64,000 bases of DNA. Source: Heterodontus francisci. Lineage: Eukaryota. The stretch lies in NCBI RefSeq assembly GCF_036365525.1, contig NC_090374.1, positions 58,085,174 through 58,149,173 on the forward strand, given 5' to 3'. Position numbers and translations under genes: made by a program. The notes below the pieces were generated by a model. That model saw nothing but the letters and a program-made list of their open reading frames with translations, was not told the origin of the DNA and did not search any database. This document shows, one piece after another, positions 62,828 to 64,000 of the stretch (its first letter is position 1; every line of letters begins with the position of its first letter).

Positions 62828-63364
62828 CCTCTCCACTCTTCCTAGGTGGGGTTGAGTATTGTAGGAAACAGTACTGTGACCTTTTATGCCTCACAGTACA
62901 CTAACCTTCTCTTGACTGCAAGGCAGGAGTGAATGCAGGGCTGTTAGGCTTTTAAAGATGCTGACAGCACCTAATCCGCTGTCTGCTGACAACATAATTG
63001 ACATCTCACCTCCCCCCCGCCACGTGATTGGGGGTGATCATTATGTTAAATAGCTGCCTGCCGTGCAATTGCGGCAGCGCAGCTGCACGTGTGATGCGTG
63101 GGCACGCCACATGCTGCGGGCTCATTAAATTCAGCCCAAAGTGCCCGAAACCTGCAGGGCTACTGACCAAGAGCTGGAAAGTGGGATTAAGCTGGATAGC
63201 TGGCACATACATAATGGGTGAATGCTCTCCTTTCTGCTATAAATTTTCTATATTTCTACTTCTGTAATGCCCTGAAAGCCCTGTGATGTCTCTGTTGGTG
63301 TGGAACTGAGACATATAAAGCAGGATGGTTTAAAAGAAAAAGAAGCAATTGATGGAAATTGGAA

Positions 63365-63492
63365 ATAAATGAAGAAAATTGCTGGAAAAGCACAGCAGGG
63401 TTGTCAACATCTCAACATCTGTAAAGAGAAAGGGTATGTCAACACTTCACACATAGACCCTTCATCAGAACCCTGAGTTTTGATGAAGGGTC
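63365..63492. mobile_element. Decayed inverted Penelope termini
   Basis: gacccttcatcagaac / gttttgatgaagggtc inverted repeat at 63456-63492, preceded by gaaaattgctggaaaagcacagcagg. Confidence 0.55.
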
Positions 63493-64000
63493 AAATTACC
63501 TGCCAGTGGTCACTGGAGGGCCGTGTCAACTAGCGGACTGTACGCCACCATGTGTGAGCTAAAGCTGCAAGGGAGAGGAGTACAGGAGCTTGGTCAGATA
63601 GGAAACTAAAAAGGAAAATCGTGAGACAAAATTTTCGTGTTGCTCTGAAAAGTCAATGATGTCATTTATTTATTGTTTGGAATGTTATGCTGTGTGAAAA
63701 TCTGGTGCAGGATGTAAAACCATGGAAAGATAGCAACAATATTTCAAACTTGTTACGGTGTTTGGGATTTAACAGGAGTTGTAAGAATACATTGGTTTAA
63801 TGCCAGCATTCAGAGTGCCATCTTTTGGTAGCATTTGTTTTTGCAGCCCATGAGAACTTTGTTTTGGTGGGTGTGACATCGAGACGGGTTTGATCAGTTT
63901 TATTATCATGATATTCTCATGGAATGGTGCTGCAGTGAGGGTAGGAAAAGTGCCTCTTTCTGAATTAGGGTTGCACGACCTCACTAGTTTATGGGAAATT

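Larger units (their letters stand above)
58465..63137. mobile_element. Full-length, decayed PIF/Harbinger DNA transposon
   Basis: TIRs GGGCTGAATTT / AAATTCAGCCC; TSD AAA; convergent transposase (+) and Myb/SANT-like (-) genes. Confidence 0.93.
58273..63250 (+). mobile_element. Second, tandem CR1 3' end split by Harbinger (58273-58464 plus 63141-63250)
   Basis: Rejoined tatgcacttaaagtgcccgaaacctgcagggc matches tgtgcacctgaagtgccgtaacctgcagggc at about 58128-58158. Confidence 0.85.

Noticed and set aside
151-63984. Remaining short ORFs in the six-frame track
   Set aside because: They are antisense or alternative frames of repeats, or random intronic ORFs without recognisable motifs.

Overview
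Vertebrate genomic DNA, most likely from a shark or other cartilaginous fish (HE1/V-SINE-type and DeuSINE-type SINEs, abundant CR1, L2, RTE and Penelope elements). The only host gene visible is RASGRF2 on the + strand: three phase-compatible internal exons (949-1346, 13390-13554, 50992-51098) separated by 12-kb and 37-kb introns. Most other ORFs in the track are transposon fragments or noise. The introns hold nested mobile elements: a full-length Gypsy provirus, a full-length two-gene Harbinger transposon with several related MITEs, two CR1>Penelope>CR1 nests, and Penelope termini carrying minimal hammerhead ribozyme motifs. The three most unusual observations are: (1) Harbinger MITEs inserted at the predicted ribozyme cleavage triplet in three separate Penelope copies; (2) a 669-bp element made of two inverted LTR-like arms, each with its own polypurine tract, flanked by a 5-bp TSD; (3) a RASGRF2 exon that carries a RASGRF1-like RRxS motif. 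All family assignments come from motif recognition and recalled sequences, not database searches.
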